In this document: positions 1 to 13,987 of the stretch, in pieces
Layout of the letters: each line of letters opens with the position of its first letter
Numbering within the stretch: the stretch's first letter is position 1
Source: Octopus sinensis
Taxonomy: Eukaryota
Direction: 5' to 3'
Length of the DNA stretch: 64,000 bases
Assembly: GCF_006345805.1 (NCBI RefSeq)
Contig: NC_042999.1
Span: forward strand, 54,746,001 to 54,810,000
Notes under the pieces: model-generated
Told to the model about the DNA's origin: nothing
What the model saw: only the letters and a program-made list of their open reading frames with translations
Databases searched by the model: none
Translations under genes and position numbers: made by a program

Positions 1-145
1 ATCATTCTACCATCTTAAAAAGAAAAAGAAAGCACTGAATAATTTAGACCTGGAGACGTTATACGTTAATAGCAGATGGGATGGTCACGGCTGGAATACT
101 TTTGATTATAGTTCGGTTCGATGAACGCTGATGAGGTTAAACAGC
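1..145. repeat. Repeat family E fragment (SINE-tail-like)
   Basis: gatggtcacggctggaat...gattatag...ttaaacagc resembles copies at about 11035-11195, 16480-16680, 30720-30900, 35150-35700, 39880-40085, 57130-57260 and 63550-63620. Confidence 0.5.
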
Positions 146-245
146 AAAACACTTGAGCCAGAACTCAGCTGATTTTGTTTAGGGGACTTACCTCCCTAAC
201 TTATTTGTGCTTATTTATAAATTTTTTTTATTTGTTACAGGAGCA

Positions 246-420
246 AGGCGGCGAGCGGGTAGAATCGTGTCGGATAAAACGCTTAGCGGCATTTTTCCGG
301 CTCTTTATATACTGAGTTCAAATCCCACTGAGATCGACTTTCTCTTTCATCCATTTTGGATCGGTAAAATAAAGTATCAGTTAAATAATTGGCTCGTTCT
401 CTCCCCCTAAAATTACTGAC
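246..420 (+). mobile_element. SINE family B, degenerate copy
   Basis: ggcggcgagc head, B-box-like gagttcaaatccc, core tttcatcc...tcggtaaaataaagtatcag. Confidence 0.75.
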
Positions 421-1314
421 TGTGAACCCTGCACCCTGCAACGGACCAGCGGTGGAAACAAGGCCATACCAGTCCTAGGTCAGGCGTGGGGTTGGGTGGG
501 GTCATGCGCCGTTACAGCGCGTTGTTGATTCACCCTTTGTCGGCATATTCCTGGGTCCCTTCCGGGTGACCCATCAAGCAATCCCAGTCAATCCCCCCAC
601 CTCTTCGCGAAATACCCCGCCATCTGTCGTCACTATGTGGTATGTGGTCGACCAACACAAACCGTCAATCCAGCCAGGCTCTCAGTGAAGAGAACATGGT
701 AAGCAGGTTCTATCTAACTCGGAAAATCATGCAACATGGCGAAACAGTCTGCGTTGGTGCTCCCGAATCATACGAGAGTAACAGGACGCATCCCAGTTTC
801 TGAAAAGAGTGCTTGGATGTGAAATCCGACCAATGGTAACTCATAATCTGGCGAAGCGTCCTGGTAAAGTTTTCCATCCAACGTCCCGCTAGTTCTGTGC
901 GATCCTCCTATATATCTACACACTCCACTAACCAAATCCAGAGTAGATTATTAGGGCATAGTTAATAATAAATGGAGGGGAGGATTTTGATGCTAAAAAG
1001 TAGAAGGGTGACGAGAAGTGGAAGTTGTTAATTAAGAAGTTGAACTGACGCGACATGAGAATGTTTCCCCACAAAGAAAATACCTAAACATTTCCCTCGT
1101 GTTCGGTGCCGTGCCAATTTGAAGAAATGATTCAGGCTTGAAAGAAATGGTTAGGTTGTCTGTTTGCAAAACGTCATTTCATAGCTTGAAACAAAGTTAT
1201 TGTTTTTTTGGCAGAGTTTATGGTTGTTCGTGAGGCAACTACACACACACACACTTCAACACTGATACCGATTGTTTTAGGCGTATCTGTGCATGTATGT
1301 ATGTACATATACAT

Positions 1315-1353
<39 letters not shown>

Positions 1354-1836
1354 ATATATATATAGTGAGAGTGAGAGAGAGATTCGTGTGTGCGTGACAT
1401 TCGCTTATGTAAGTATGTATATGTACGTTTTCTGTGTATTCATGTATGGATGTATCTGTATTTGTAATTATTTAAATTCTTCTTAAAACGTACGCAGTTT
1501 CGTTTCTAAGACAAGAACAAACTGCTGTAGTTCAGATAACTGTGGTGTTGAACGTTAGTAAAGTCATACGTATATAGAGGCATGGGCGTATGTATATATA
1601 TATATATGTATGTTTGTGTGCATGTAAAGATATATTTACCTATATATGTATATGTATGTATGTGTGCGTACTTGTGCGTACGTATTTTCCTCCACAAGTA
1701 TGTACGTATGTAGGCATACTCGTATCTATGTACGTCTGTTTCTGTGGGTTTCTATTTATCAATACGTGTTATCATCTCTTAGCTTCTTTTATGTCTCTCT
1801 ATTAATCCATGGATTTATCTATCTGTTCAATCAAAC

Positions 1837-1884
1837 ATCCATCCATCCATCCATCCATCCATCCATCCATCTATCCATCTATCC

Positions 1885-1917
<33 letters not shown>
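1837..1917. repeat. (ATCC)n/(ATCT)n microsatellite
   Basis: Seen directly. Confidence 0.95.
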
Positions 1918-1934
1918 ATGATATTTGTTATGTA

Positions 1935-2260
1935 TGCGTAGCCGTGTGGTAAGGGGTTTGCTTCCCAACCACACGCTTCCGGGTTCAATCCTATTGTGTG
2001 TCGCCTTGGACTAAAGCCTTCTACTGTAGCCTCGGGCCAACCAAAGCCTTGTGGATGGATTTGGTAGACGGAAACTGAAAGAAGCCCGTCGCATATATGT
2101 AATATGTGTCTTTGGGTCTGTCTTTATCCCTGCGCACTGCTTAACTACCAGTGTTGGTGCGTTTACGTCCCCTAACTTAGTAGCTCGGCAAAAGAGACTA
2201 TGCGCCAGGCTTTAAACGAAAATTAAGCACTGGAGTCGATTTGTTTGACTAAAATTCTTG
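1935..2260 (+). mobile_element. SINE family A (tRNA-derived), 3' end replaced
   Basis: gtgtggtaag head, gggttcaatcc B box, body ggatttggtagacggaaactgaaagaagcccgtcg. The family tail is lost after gactaaaattctt. Confidence 0.8.
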
Positions 2261-2361
2261 AATTCTTCGCAGAATTCTCATCAGTCATTATCAAAGTGAT
2301 GCAGGTATTTTTTTTTTCAAGTCAACACAAATCCAGAGATTTGTAAATATTAGAGACAGTG

Positions 2362-2402
<41 letters not shown>

Positions 2403-2867
2403 ATATATATTCATGTAGATGTGTGTGTGTGTGTGTACCTGCACTTATGTAACAGGTGTGCATTAATGCAATCACATGTCATATGTGTGTATGGCATATG
2501 ATTGTGTGCGTAAATTTTCATTCCAGGCCCCTAAAATAGAGAATCCCTGGAATGTTTTACACATCCTCCTCCCTGAACTCACTAATCGTTTGGCTCTGCG
2601 GGATTTCTGTCAGTTTACTTTGATCTTTCATGAAAAGCATCTCGAAGCCTTTGATGCAACCGCGGTGGTGGCAGCAACTGTGACTCTCTGGTCCCCTGCA
2701 TCGATGTGCCACCTGCATAGGTGCTGTAGGATTTATCTTCATTGATCACCAATGAACAAAGCACCATAACTTTAGGCATCTCTTTCTTTTCTCATCTTTT
2801 TTTATTTGTTAATTTTTCGGTAGTTGCTACGCCATCACCAAATTAACGTATAAACCATCATCTTGTA

Positions 2868-2900
<33 letters not shown>

Positions 2901-2999
2901 TTTCCTTTCTCTCCCTCCTCACGTCTCTTTCATTTTGCATGCCTTGCTCTATACGTATGTGAGCGAACATGTATTCATTCACTTGTATGTGTGTGTGTT

Positions 3000-3150
3000 T
3001 GTGTACGTCCCCGTAAACTAGCGATTCAGCAAAAGACACCGATAGAATAAGTACCAGGCTTGTGGGGGTCGATTCATTCCACTAAAAATTGTTCAAGGCA
3101 GTGCCCCAGCACGGCCGCAGTCTAATGGCTGAAACAAATAACAAATAAGA
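3000..3150 (+). mobile_element. SINE family A, 3' half
   Basis: acgtccccgtaa...ccgatagaataagtacc...ggccgcagtctaatggctgaaacaa. Confidence 0.75.
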
Positions 3151-3299
3151 TACACACACATACACACACCTATACACAAACTTATGCGTGTGTACTTTTG
3201 GTTGATTTTTTTTTTTTCTGTGTGTATGTGTGTGAGAGAGTAAGATTGTGCGCCTGGGTGTCTTTCTACATTCAGGCATTTGACTGTACGTCCTCGTTT

Positions 3300-3336
<37 letters not shown>

Positions 3337-4009
3337 CGCGCGCGCGCGTGTACATTTGTCTGAGAGAGCCGCTTATCTGTTTGTGCGGGTCATACCAATA
3401 ACATTATCTTTAGATTCCAATTATAGCAAGAGACTATTATAAAATAACTAATGCTGTCAGGAAACTAAAATAAGGAGCCGCATGTCGACATTCAGAACAA
3501 CAGCTAAACGCCGCCCCTCTCCACCACCACCACCACCACCGCTGCCGCCACCTCCCAAACACATTCCTCTTAACGTAAAAATAACCCCCACCCCTCCACC
3601 CATACACATGCCCTCTTTATATCGACAGGGTTTCTACATAACGCTTTCTCCTCCTTTTCTTCGCCCCCACCACAATACAATTCTATTGAACCAGATATAA
3701 ATACTCGGCCAAAGAATGGTCGCTCACTTCAGTGAATCAACATGTGCTACTGTGAATTCAAACCGTTTCCTTGGCATCGTTTCTTTCCCCGTCATTCCTG
3801 CTCTCCTTCTCCAATTCCTCGCCGTCACCTCCCTGTTCTTGCTCTCCCTCCTTAAACTATACCTCCTACCTCTACTCCCTCGTCTCCCCTTAAACTGCCA
3901 CCCCACTTTCACTTTCATCAAGTACTTTTATATAGGTGCGTGCATACTCACATATTTCCATGTTTTCCGAGGCATCTATTTATCTGGCAACGTGTATACA
4001 TTTGTTTGT

Positions 4010-4055
<46 letters not shown>

Positions 4056-4064
4056 GTTTATTTT

Positions 4065-4295
4065 TTATTGCCCACGGGGCGGGAGTGCTAAAACACAGAG
4101 GAGACAAACAAGAACAGACAAAGAAATTAAGTTGATTACATCGACCCCCCAATGAGTAACTAGTACTTAATTAATTGACCCCGAAGGATGAAAGGCAAAG
4201 TCGACCTCGGCGGAATTTGAACTCAGAACGTAGCGGCAGACGAAATACCGCTAAGCATTTCGCCCCGACGTGCTAACGATTCTGCAAGCTCGCCC
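4065..4295 (-). mobile_element. SINE family B
   Basis: ggatgaaaggcaaagtcgacctcggcggaatttgaactcagaacg is the reverse complement of the family core. Confidence 0.85.
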
Positions 4296-4338
4296 TTGTG
4301 TAAATTGCGTGTGCACATTTGTAAAGTGCGTAAATGTA

Positions 4339-4957
4339 CAGGGTGTCCAAACAGTCTCTCCGCAGTAAGTATTTTATAGCAAAATAAATATTTATAAGAT
4401 GGTATCAGACTACAAAAGAATATATTAGACTTTACAAGACTTTAAAAAACTTTATAAGAGCTGTTGAAAGTGTCGTCCTTCATTTTCAATACATAAAATC
4501 TAATTTCTCTTTCACTGCCGTGTGAGCACTTCCTTGGCTGATTTCCGTTTCCTGTGACCATTTGCGTAAGGACTTTGACGGGCTTGCCAACAGTTTATCA
4601 GAAATATTGAAGACCGTTTCATCTGAAAGAACAGTAGGCCTACCGCTTCTTGCTGTGTCTTCCACCGAGCCTGTGGTTCTAAATTTTCTTATCAAATCCC
4701 ACACAGTGGCTCAATGTGGAGCAACAATATTTGGAAAAGTTTCACTGAACTTCTCTTTCTGTGTATTTATTTCCAGCTCGAAACACCCATTCAACTAAAA
4801 ATGTACGTTCTTCAATGGTTAGCATGTCGACATGCTAAAGGATACCCAATGACTGAGGGACAATGGCTGACACACGGCCGACTACGCAGTGATAGCCAAG
4901 TTGCGAATGTGCAGGATAAAATAAACTTACTGCGGAGAGAATACATTGAATACATTG
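4339..4957 (-). mobile_element. Internally deleted Tc1/mariner-type DNA transposon
   Basis: TA-flanked imperfect TIRs (cagggtgtcc...tctctccgcagtaagt / acttactgcggagaga...cattg). The minus ORF WDLIRKFRTTGSVEDTARSGRPT (N-terminal HTH region) is joined almost directly to a C-terminal ENEGRHFQQLL*; the DDE/D domain is missing. Confidence 0.85.
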
Positions 4958-5026
4958 TATTTGTATACATATGTCTATATAGTTCATATATGCACATGTG
5001 TATACTCTCTCTCTCGCGCACGCACG

Positions 5027-5095
<69 letters not shown>

Positions 5096-5385
5096 ATAGA
5101 GTCAGCCAATGACAGCAATGTTTAAAGAGCATTCAATACTTATTGCAGAGTAATAAATAAACCTTCCGATTTTATTTCTGACAAATGGAAAGACGAAACT
5201 AGAGTTAAAATACTATTATTTAATCTATTTATATTTGTCCTGTATTGCTTGACTAAAATTCTTGAATTCTTCGCAGAATTCTCATCAGTCATTATCAAAG
5301 TGATGCGGGTTTGTTTTTTTTTTTTTTTCAAGTCAACACAAATCCTGAGATTTGTGTGAATATGAGAGTCAGTGCGCGTGTGTAT

Positions 5386-5514
5386 GTAAAGGCTATTTGC
5401 CAACATAATGTGGCTCCTGTTTAGCCCCAGGAAACATCGTTTCCAGCTGGCTATACAACACAATATCTGTGTCCCTTCTAGGACAGCCACATTATGTTGG
5501 CAAATAGCCTTTAC
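5386..5514. repeat. Fold-back element with perfect 30 bp inverted arms
   Basis: gtaaaggctatttgccaacataatgtggct (5386-5415) is the exact reverse complement of 5485-5514. Confidence 0.9.
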
Positions 5515-5939
5515 TATAAAGAACTGTTACTGAATATCTCTCTTTGAGAGATTTAGAAATAATAGCATATATGTATGTATGTACGGATATAAAAGCAGGT
5601 AAATTTACCTAGATTTCAGCAGTGCCACCGGCGCAGTCCCAAAGTTTGCACCCCTGCCTCCGCTTCCCACAACCTATTCAGCAGACCCAAACGACTTATA
5701 TCCCATAAAGTCTTCGCCTAGGACGGACACCCTACCCTTCTACACCACTGGGTTAGGGTCAATTCTGAATAGCACCATCTGGTTAAGCCCCTTTAAGTCA
5801 AATTTTAATATTTTAGGTCACCGTACCTTTCTTGTATTAGGAGTTGGTGCGTACTAAAACATCTAAGGGTCGGCTGATTTTCTTTATTTCGGGGAGGAAT
5901 TTGTTCAGGTATCATATAAGGTTTATAGTGTGGGTTTTT

Positions 5940-6230
5940 TTATAACCCTGCGCATGTAAGCAAAAGCAGGGTATTGTAATCACTCATCTTTGTTTGTCTG
6001 TGTGTTTGCAAAATTACAGGAAAACAGCTGAACGGATTTTCACCAAATTTGGTAGAAATACTCATTGGGTGAGTGGCACAAAATGATAAAACTTTCGTTT
6101 GATTATCTTCAAAACTAGCAGATGGGTGAGTGAAAATTTTTTTGACTGTGCAGATTTTTGCGAAAGAATTTAAGTCCACACAAGGTATACATCATCTTGG
6201 CATATTCTCAGCACGAGAATCTATTACTAG
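5940..6230 (+). mobile_element. Helentron-associated (DINE-1/HINE-like) non-autonomous element
   Basis: Starts in a T-run with ttataaccctgc...gcagggtatt stem, then a gtttgtctgt simple repeat and cggattttcaccaaatttgg. Ends with hairpin ttctcagcacgagaa and CTAG. Confidence 0.55.
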
Positions 6231-7439
6231 CACAAAAACATGCATTATATCTATTAAATACTATTTATATCTCACCAGATGGAGTATATTTATATTGTGT
6301 ACTGTTCCATCACGGAACAGTGCACAATATATATATATATATAACCACCCAGCGAACACCCACCATGGGTCATCACAATTGCTTAAGGTAAAAATGAATT
6401 CCTCGCTCTTTCGGAAACATCAATCTTCTGTATTGACTGCTTTCCACCACTTTGATCTGTTTTTTGTATTGAATACGTATCGCCACCGTGGCCACTGCAT
6501 CGAACACTTTGAACATATAGCATGAATGAACTTACTTCAAACTATATATCAACTATACATGAACTCTAAGATGTCTGACTCCGTTGTGTATTATAAATGA
6601 ATTTCTTGTGTTTGACGGCATGAGCTGTCTTTTTTTATATATAACTTTTTTTGATAAGGTTCATTTCTGGAACTGAAACATGTTATAATGTATATATAAA
6701 AATTAAAAATTGTATAATATAGCAGCATTTTCGAACTTCATTTTTTACAAATATATATATATGTATATCAATCATTTGATTCAGCCCTCGTCGTCTGCGT
6801 GTGTATAGATCATGGTGTACTTGTGCACGTGGACACGTGAAGGTACATACATACATAGATATGCGACTGTGTGTGTTTACACTGATGGATGTGAAGGTTT
6901 CATTTATTTATGAGTTGATTTAATTTCACCAGAGTATAAATACCTATATTGGTGACATTTAAAAAAAAATTTTAATTCTTTTAAAAATCGAACTTACAAA
7001 TTTCCCGGTCATATTATTATTATATCCTACAACATACTACAGCACGTTTGATTCGCCTGCCATCACTGAAATTCTATGCAATATTTTCTATAAGTATTTC
7101 ATTTTGTTCACTTTCTTTTTCATAATCATCATTATTATTTGAATAATCATTTATTTAGTCATATGCAAATTTTACTCATATACGTTTGGCGTAGACATCG
7201 ATCAAGTCTACTTTTAGCTTTCATCTTTTAGGCTGCTAATCCTCTTTTAGTCAAACACTTATAAAGCTTAATTCAGATCATTTAAAAAGCATGGGTAAGC
7301 AACGCATGGTAAATCACACTATAATCTTGGAGAAAATCTGCGCCTAGGGTGTGCATCGCCTATCTGATGCCTTTTTCTTTTCATTGTTGTTGTTCTCATC
7401 CTAGATTTGCTTCTGTCAAATAATTTGTATCAGAATGTA

Positions 7440-8780
7440 GTCAAGTCATACGGTGCGAGTTCGATTTATGCAGGGGCTTTATGATACAGGGTCCGTAACC
7501 TTTCGCAATTTTTAAACTTGATTCTAAATTCATTTGGGTAACGTTGCTGGCATATTTCCCACCTTACAAAAAACGATTATAGTATTCGCAGCGGAGCTGA
7601 GGAAGGACTTCAAGTAATTTCAGACAATTCCAATAATCAAGGCTGACTTATGAAACCATTTATTCTTCAAGAGTCTCAACTGTCTTCATATTTTGTTGTG
7701 CTGGCGAACCACAGGAGGCAACATAGAAATTTAAAGAGCAATAAGACGATAACATCTGACTCTCTGGATCGAAAAGTTATGAGAGTCTCAGTCTCAGAGC
7801 TCATTTCTAAACTATATGAATTGTGAAATAGGCGCTCCAGCTGAGGCTGTTGTTGACAATTAGTTTGAAGTCTGGTTCCATTGAAGGAAGAAAATATGAT
7901 TGTTTTAGGCACATCTTTTCCAAACAGCACAGGCTCGTTTTTTTTCTTTCTTGGCCATCATACTGATTATTTTTTCTTTTATTATTTTCCTCAGAGCCAG
8001 GGATCATTTCCCTCATTTAAATATAACTTAGGGGCCAGTTTGATTCTTGATCTGGTCACCGACTCCAACTATTAATGAAACATGGAGTCATCTAGAATTG
8101 TAATTGTTTTGTTTTAATACATTTGTGATATCTTTCATCTAAATTAGGGGATAAGTATGGCGTCTTTGGGGGGATCTTGAAGGGATTCCGTCAATCGCTA
8201 CATATTTGATTTGAATTGATCCCGCGATGCTGGGCTTTGTTTCTTAGAAATCCTTAATTAAGTACCATACTTTCATACAGACCCCAGTGTTGTACAGTTT
8301 TAACAATAGAGCTGTGTGGTCAACTCTATCTGACGGTTTTGGTGTAGTCAAGACATATGGTTTATGTGTTTGAGCTTTCTCTACCAAATCATTTACAATA
8401 TTGTACAATTTGTGATAAATAGTCTCTGCTTCATCGAAAACTATGTTGGTTAAGGTTTAGAAGACAGTTATTCTCCAGGAAATTATTTTTTCTCTTATCA
8501 TATCTCCTTTTCAAATACTTTAATGATATAAGAGAGGTGGGGGTAGTGCGGGGTTACTTTACGGCAAATGACTGTCTTTTCTTGAAAACTGGAATGAAAG
8601 ACACGAATAGAAAATGTCCGGAAGTGTGTGTGTGGTTGGTTTTCGTTACTGTCAGGATTCCTTCGGGAACACTGGAGGAGTTTATTGAAGTCTATTGTTG
8701 GGCTGTGTTAAATTATGTTCATTGCAGCTAAGATGTCTGTCTGCTGTGTCAGGAATTGTCAGAGATATGTTGGCGTTTGT
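7440..8780 (-). pseudogene. Heavily decayed CR1/L2-like LINE reverse transcriptase
   Basis: Minus-strand translation with frameshifts gives ordered motifs FIPVFKK, NCLLNLNQHSFR, ICLDY..DRVDHTALLLKLYNTG, FRSRESDVIVLLLFK and LDYWNCLKLL. Confidence 0.75.
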
Positions 8781-8795
8781 CTTCATTCATACTGG

Positions 8796-8836
<41 letters not shown>

Positions 8837-9446
8837 TATATATATACGTCTTTATTGATATGCTTTGTGTGTGTGTTTGCCTGTATTTTAATCAATGTCA
8901 ACCCGGTTTTGCTTGCATGTTTTAGGTCTTGTCAGTCCATAGGTGACTCTATACCTATTGTTCTACGGTTTCATTTTATTGTCAGTATATTTGCTCAACC
9001 CTCTCTCTCTCTCAATATATATATATATATATATATATTTCTGTCTATCGGGCTCTCTCTCTATTTACCCGTCCGTCCATCCAATACCTTTCTGTCTGTC
9101 TAGTAATTTGTCTGTTTTCCTACCTGACTACTCTACACCGTCTCTCTTTTCCCTCTATATGTAACTTCCTCTTTTATCTCCACAAATAAAAACAATATAT
9201 ATATCTGGTATATTTCACAAAAATAATTTAAAAAAATAAAAGTCAGAAGGGCGTGCATGTAAACTTCGGTAAAACAAAAACCATTTTGTTAAACATTTTT
9301 TAAAATTTATTTAATGTTAACCGATCTTAAGAACCAAAAATGATTCTCTGTATTCCTGTAACCATCCCAGAATAACATTTAACCTTGGCATTCCGACTTG
9401 CGTTCGTTTATTCTTTACCCATTCAGATGTGGACTCGGTGCGCGTG

Positions 9447-9449
<3 letters not shown>

Positions 9450-9477
<28 letters not shown>

Positions 9478-9514
9478 CACACACACACACCACACACACA
9501 ACACACACACACAC

Positions 9515-9546
<32 letters not shown>

Positions 9547-9621
9547 ACACACACACACACACACCACACACACACACACACACAACACACACACACACAC
9601 TCTCTCTCTCTCTCTCTCCTC

Positions 9622-9710
<89 letters not shown>
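9450..9710. repeat. Compound (CA)n-(CT)n microsatellite
   Basis: Seen directly; it explains the HT/LS/RE/VC ORFs. Confidence 0.95.
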
Positions 9711-9714
<4 letters not shown>

Positions 9715-10239
9715 CCTTTGACGACATCCACTGAAATGGTTTACTTAACAATGTCATGTGTTATTTAAGACCACAGAATTTCAAAACAACAGATGTACTG
9801 ATAAAAATAGTTGATATTGTGTAGATGTTAGAGATGCACCGGTGTCTCTGGGGTCATGAGTTCGCATAGCATCGAGGAACTTGATTCTACACACATACAC
9901 ACATGCGCACACACACATACACTTAGCATTTATTTTTTATTTTTCTCGAGCCCCGGGACCCATAAATTCCGGTTACGCAGTTTTCATGGCGTATAAGTGC
10001 TCGACATCGCACTCCCCCGCCCCCTGAACAGGACGTCGGTCCATTGCAGGGTCGAAAGCTATCAGTTTTGAGGGTGGGTGGGAGGACAAGTCGATTACGT
10101 CGACCACAGTACTTGACTGTTATTTTATTTTATCGACCCAGAAGGATAAAACACAAAGTTGTCCACGGCAGGATTTGAACTCAGAACGTAATGAGCCGGA
10201 AGAAATACTGCTAAATACTTTGTCCGGTGTGCCTTATAA

Positions 10240-10568
<329 letters not shown>

Positions 10569-12618
10569 AAACAAAGTGAGCTAAGAGAAATCATTCTGGT
10601 TAGCCGATGGCAAGTATTTGAACAACACAGACGAATACAATCATATGAAATAGTATACAGCATAAATTCTTGGTTTATGAAGATGAACTCTGCTTCTAAG
10701 AATATGTATTATGATTACCAAATGACAATGAAGACCAGATCCATATGAGAAAGGGAGGTAATCTCAAGATTCAAGAATTCCCCAAAGTTGACATCCCATT
10801 CAGGAAAAGGAGAGCCTTATTGTCTGGAGATAAGGGGATATTTGTGGACAGGAGAAACAGTCTTAGTCCAATGCTCTAACGATTGTGCAAACCTATTGCC
10901 GATATAATTTTAATCCCGGAAGTATGAAAAGTAAAGCTGACCCAAGTGAGTTCGAACTCACAAAGCACCACAAAAAAATTCTGTAAGTCATTTCATCTGG
11001 CATGCTGCCGATTCTGCTAATTCACCGCTGAACCCGTTAGAAATAACAACCAAATCTCCCTCAAGTCACACACCAGTGTTTTGAAATTCAACACATTGCA
11101 TGATGCAGGGACACAAAGGTAGATATGGTCGTAGATGCCTCAGCTTGGAATATGAATTTACTTGAGGTTCGATTGGCACTAAACAACAACAACAACAACG
11201 AGTAATGGCTAAAGAATTAAGTGACAACAAAAGCGATGAAAGCAAGACTAAAATTTAGGTCTTTATGCCTCGCTCCGTTCGTCTGCCAAAGTTAAACATC
11301 AAATAAATCAACGTTTATATTATGGTAAGCAAAAAAAAGTGACAACCGTGAACGAAAGAAAATATGAATGTCGATCTAGTAGTTGTGAGGGCTGTGAGTT
11401 TTTTAACTGTTTTCATGAAATATGAGAAGAACTTGGGCGATTTTTATTTATTTTTTTTATTCAAGATGTCTGTCAAAATGACAGACATCAACGTCCGAGA
11501 AAGAAAATGAAACAAATTTGCGAAAATAACATTAAAATATAGGGGGGAAAAAACGAAACTAAAGCATTGCTAATGAAATAAAGCTGCTGAAGACAAAACT
11601 AAAATAGAAAAAATACATAATGACGAGTAATAAATAAATATATACAGCGTGTGCGCGCATATATATGCGCGCGCACGCTGTAACAACGTTCTATGTGGCA
11701 GGTTTGATAATTGTTGAGATTTTTCTCTGCCTGAAGCCAATGGTAGCCTCGTTAACCCACAAATAAAGAGTGTGTGTGTGTAAGGTACAACCTGAATGTA
11801 ACCCGTTTTTCCCTTCCCTGTTTTTTGACGTGTGTCTGACTGTATGTATATGCGCGCGCACACACACACACACACAGAAATATATATATGTGCGTGTGTG
11901 CGTGAAGGGTTGAACAGAAAGAACACAAGGAGAAAAAATTAGACGAAAGCAGAGCGAACGGAAAACTAGACGAAAACTTAACAGACGGAAAATTTATGCA
12001 AAAACATGATACACGGAATATTCGTCAGTTAGTGATCCATAATATCATAGGGGTTTCGCCCCATTTACCATTGAGACCAGTCGATTTTGGAGGCCCCAGA
12101 GCATTAAGCTTCTGGGGGAAAGCTAGGGAATGTATACAAGGGTAGAAACAAACAATACATTATATAAATACAACAAAGAATTATCATATGTAACAGAACG
12201 AAGCCGTACGGGTATACAACAGATATAGGTGTGTGTAATTCACAATATGACAGCTTATCGAATATTTTAGAAAATGGTTTAAAAAATAATCCTCCTCGTG
12301 AAACTCAGTCCCAATCAAGACGAATTTTAAAATAAATCTCGCTCTACCATTGGTTAATAGATAATATCTCCCTGTGAGTAATTGTTCTTCTGTTGTGGTT
12401 CTTAAAACTACTTCAAAATAACTTAAAATGTCCATACTGGCAGACACACATATGCTAACAAACATATGTACATATCTGCATTTTACTATGCTCTGCTCTA
12501 GGTTATAGTAATTTTAGCCAACACCTTGTCTGCAGTATATTTTCATCACTAAAGGTAATGTATATAAATTGGTGTGTTTATGTCTGTTACATATAGTGTT
12601 TGCTAAAGTCTCTCTCTC

Positions 12619-12695
<77 letters not shown>

Positions 12696-13145
12696 CGCAA
12701 TACAACATTGGTACAAAGTATGGTTAACGCACCAGTAAATCATTAATTTTTGTGTTTGTTTGGAGAAAGGTAAGGTAGGAGGATTGGCGGGAAGGGCTAC
12801 AAATGTAACTACAAATTGTTATTAAGAATTCTGTATCTCTATTGTTTGCTGTCTGGAGAAGGCAACAGCAGTTGTATAAAAACATACGCTTCACTGGTTT
12901 CTTTGATTCTCTCCACCTCTCTGTATATCAATGGCGTTCCCTACATGAATAAAGACACGTAAGGCATACGTCAGATATATAAATGAGCGCAAATAAGAAT
13001 TCCGATTTTAATTTCAAGGTTTTTTTTTATTATTATGCGAAACAGCTGGAAAGAAGGAGACGTACTGGCTACTTGTACTATCTTATTTTAATTATTTGGT
13101 GATGATGTTTTAAACTACCTGCCCAGGCCTAAGTCGCTCCTGGTA

Positions 13146-13188
<43 letters not shown>

Positions 13189-13987
13189 TGTCTTTACTTA
13201 CGTAATTATTTCAGCATCTTGCTGAAACGCGTGTATGTCCTATGAAGTTTTGAATACCATACCTTTTTTCTGCTTGTTTTTTCTTTTTTTTTTTTTGTTT
13301 ACACACAAACACACTTGCATCAGACTTCCCCGCAGATTCTGCCTACGAAATGTCATTCATAAGGCATTGGCTAACCGAAGAGTACAGGAAAAGACACTTT
13401 TCCAATATGCTGAATAGCGGAATCAAACTTAAACTTTGTGGCTACGGAGCAGTAAAAAAAGGAAGGGTTGTCTACACTTTAAAGTATTGAGAGAGAGAGA
13501 GAGAAGGAGAGGGAGGGAGAGAAGAAGATGCCGGAAGATGGGTTTTCTTTAAAGTTTCACTAGGGTGTGTGATGTATGAAATGTCTGTATATTGTAATCA
13601 AAGAACATATCCTTTCAAGGAGTATAAATCAGTCATAATTATTTCCAGCTCACTTTTTAATCCTCCTTCCTGAATTAATTACAGTATATTAATTAAGCTA
13701 TAAATCACTCGTGGCAGATATTAAAGTCTTTATTGAACTACAATGTCATTTAATATAATCACAAATGCAAAAGAAATTTTGATAGCGTTGATTATTGATA
13801 ACTTCAAAAATATATTGAGAACATTTGATATTCTTGACTGCCAAGACCTATCATCTATCTTTAACAGTTGGGATAAAAGTTTCTGGTCAACAGCATCATC
13901 ATATTCTTTGCAGCTGCGTCGCCGATGATGCTACGAAATTCCTTAACATCACTTCATACAAAACTTTATGTAAACCAAAAGTTGCTT

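Noticed and set aside
1208-1918. Many ORFs rich in YI, CV, HT, LS or RE dipeptides here and across the window
   Set aside because: They are translations of dinucleotide microsatellites and SINE bodies, with no protein signature.
13209-13233. GAAACGCGT with an upstream hairpin, like a hammerhead 3' half
   Set aside because: No CUGANGA core upstream, and the position 17 base would be G.
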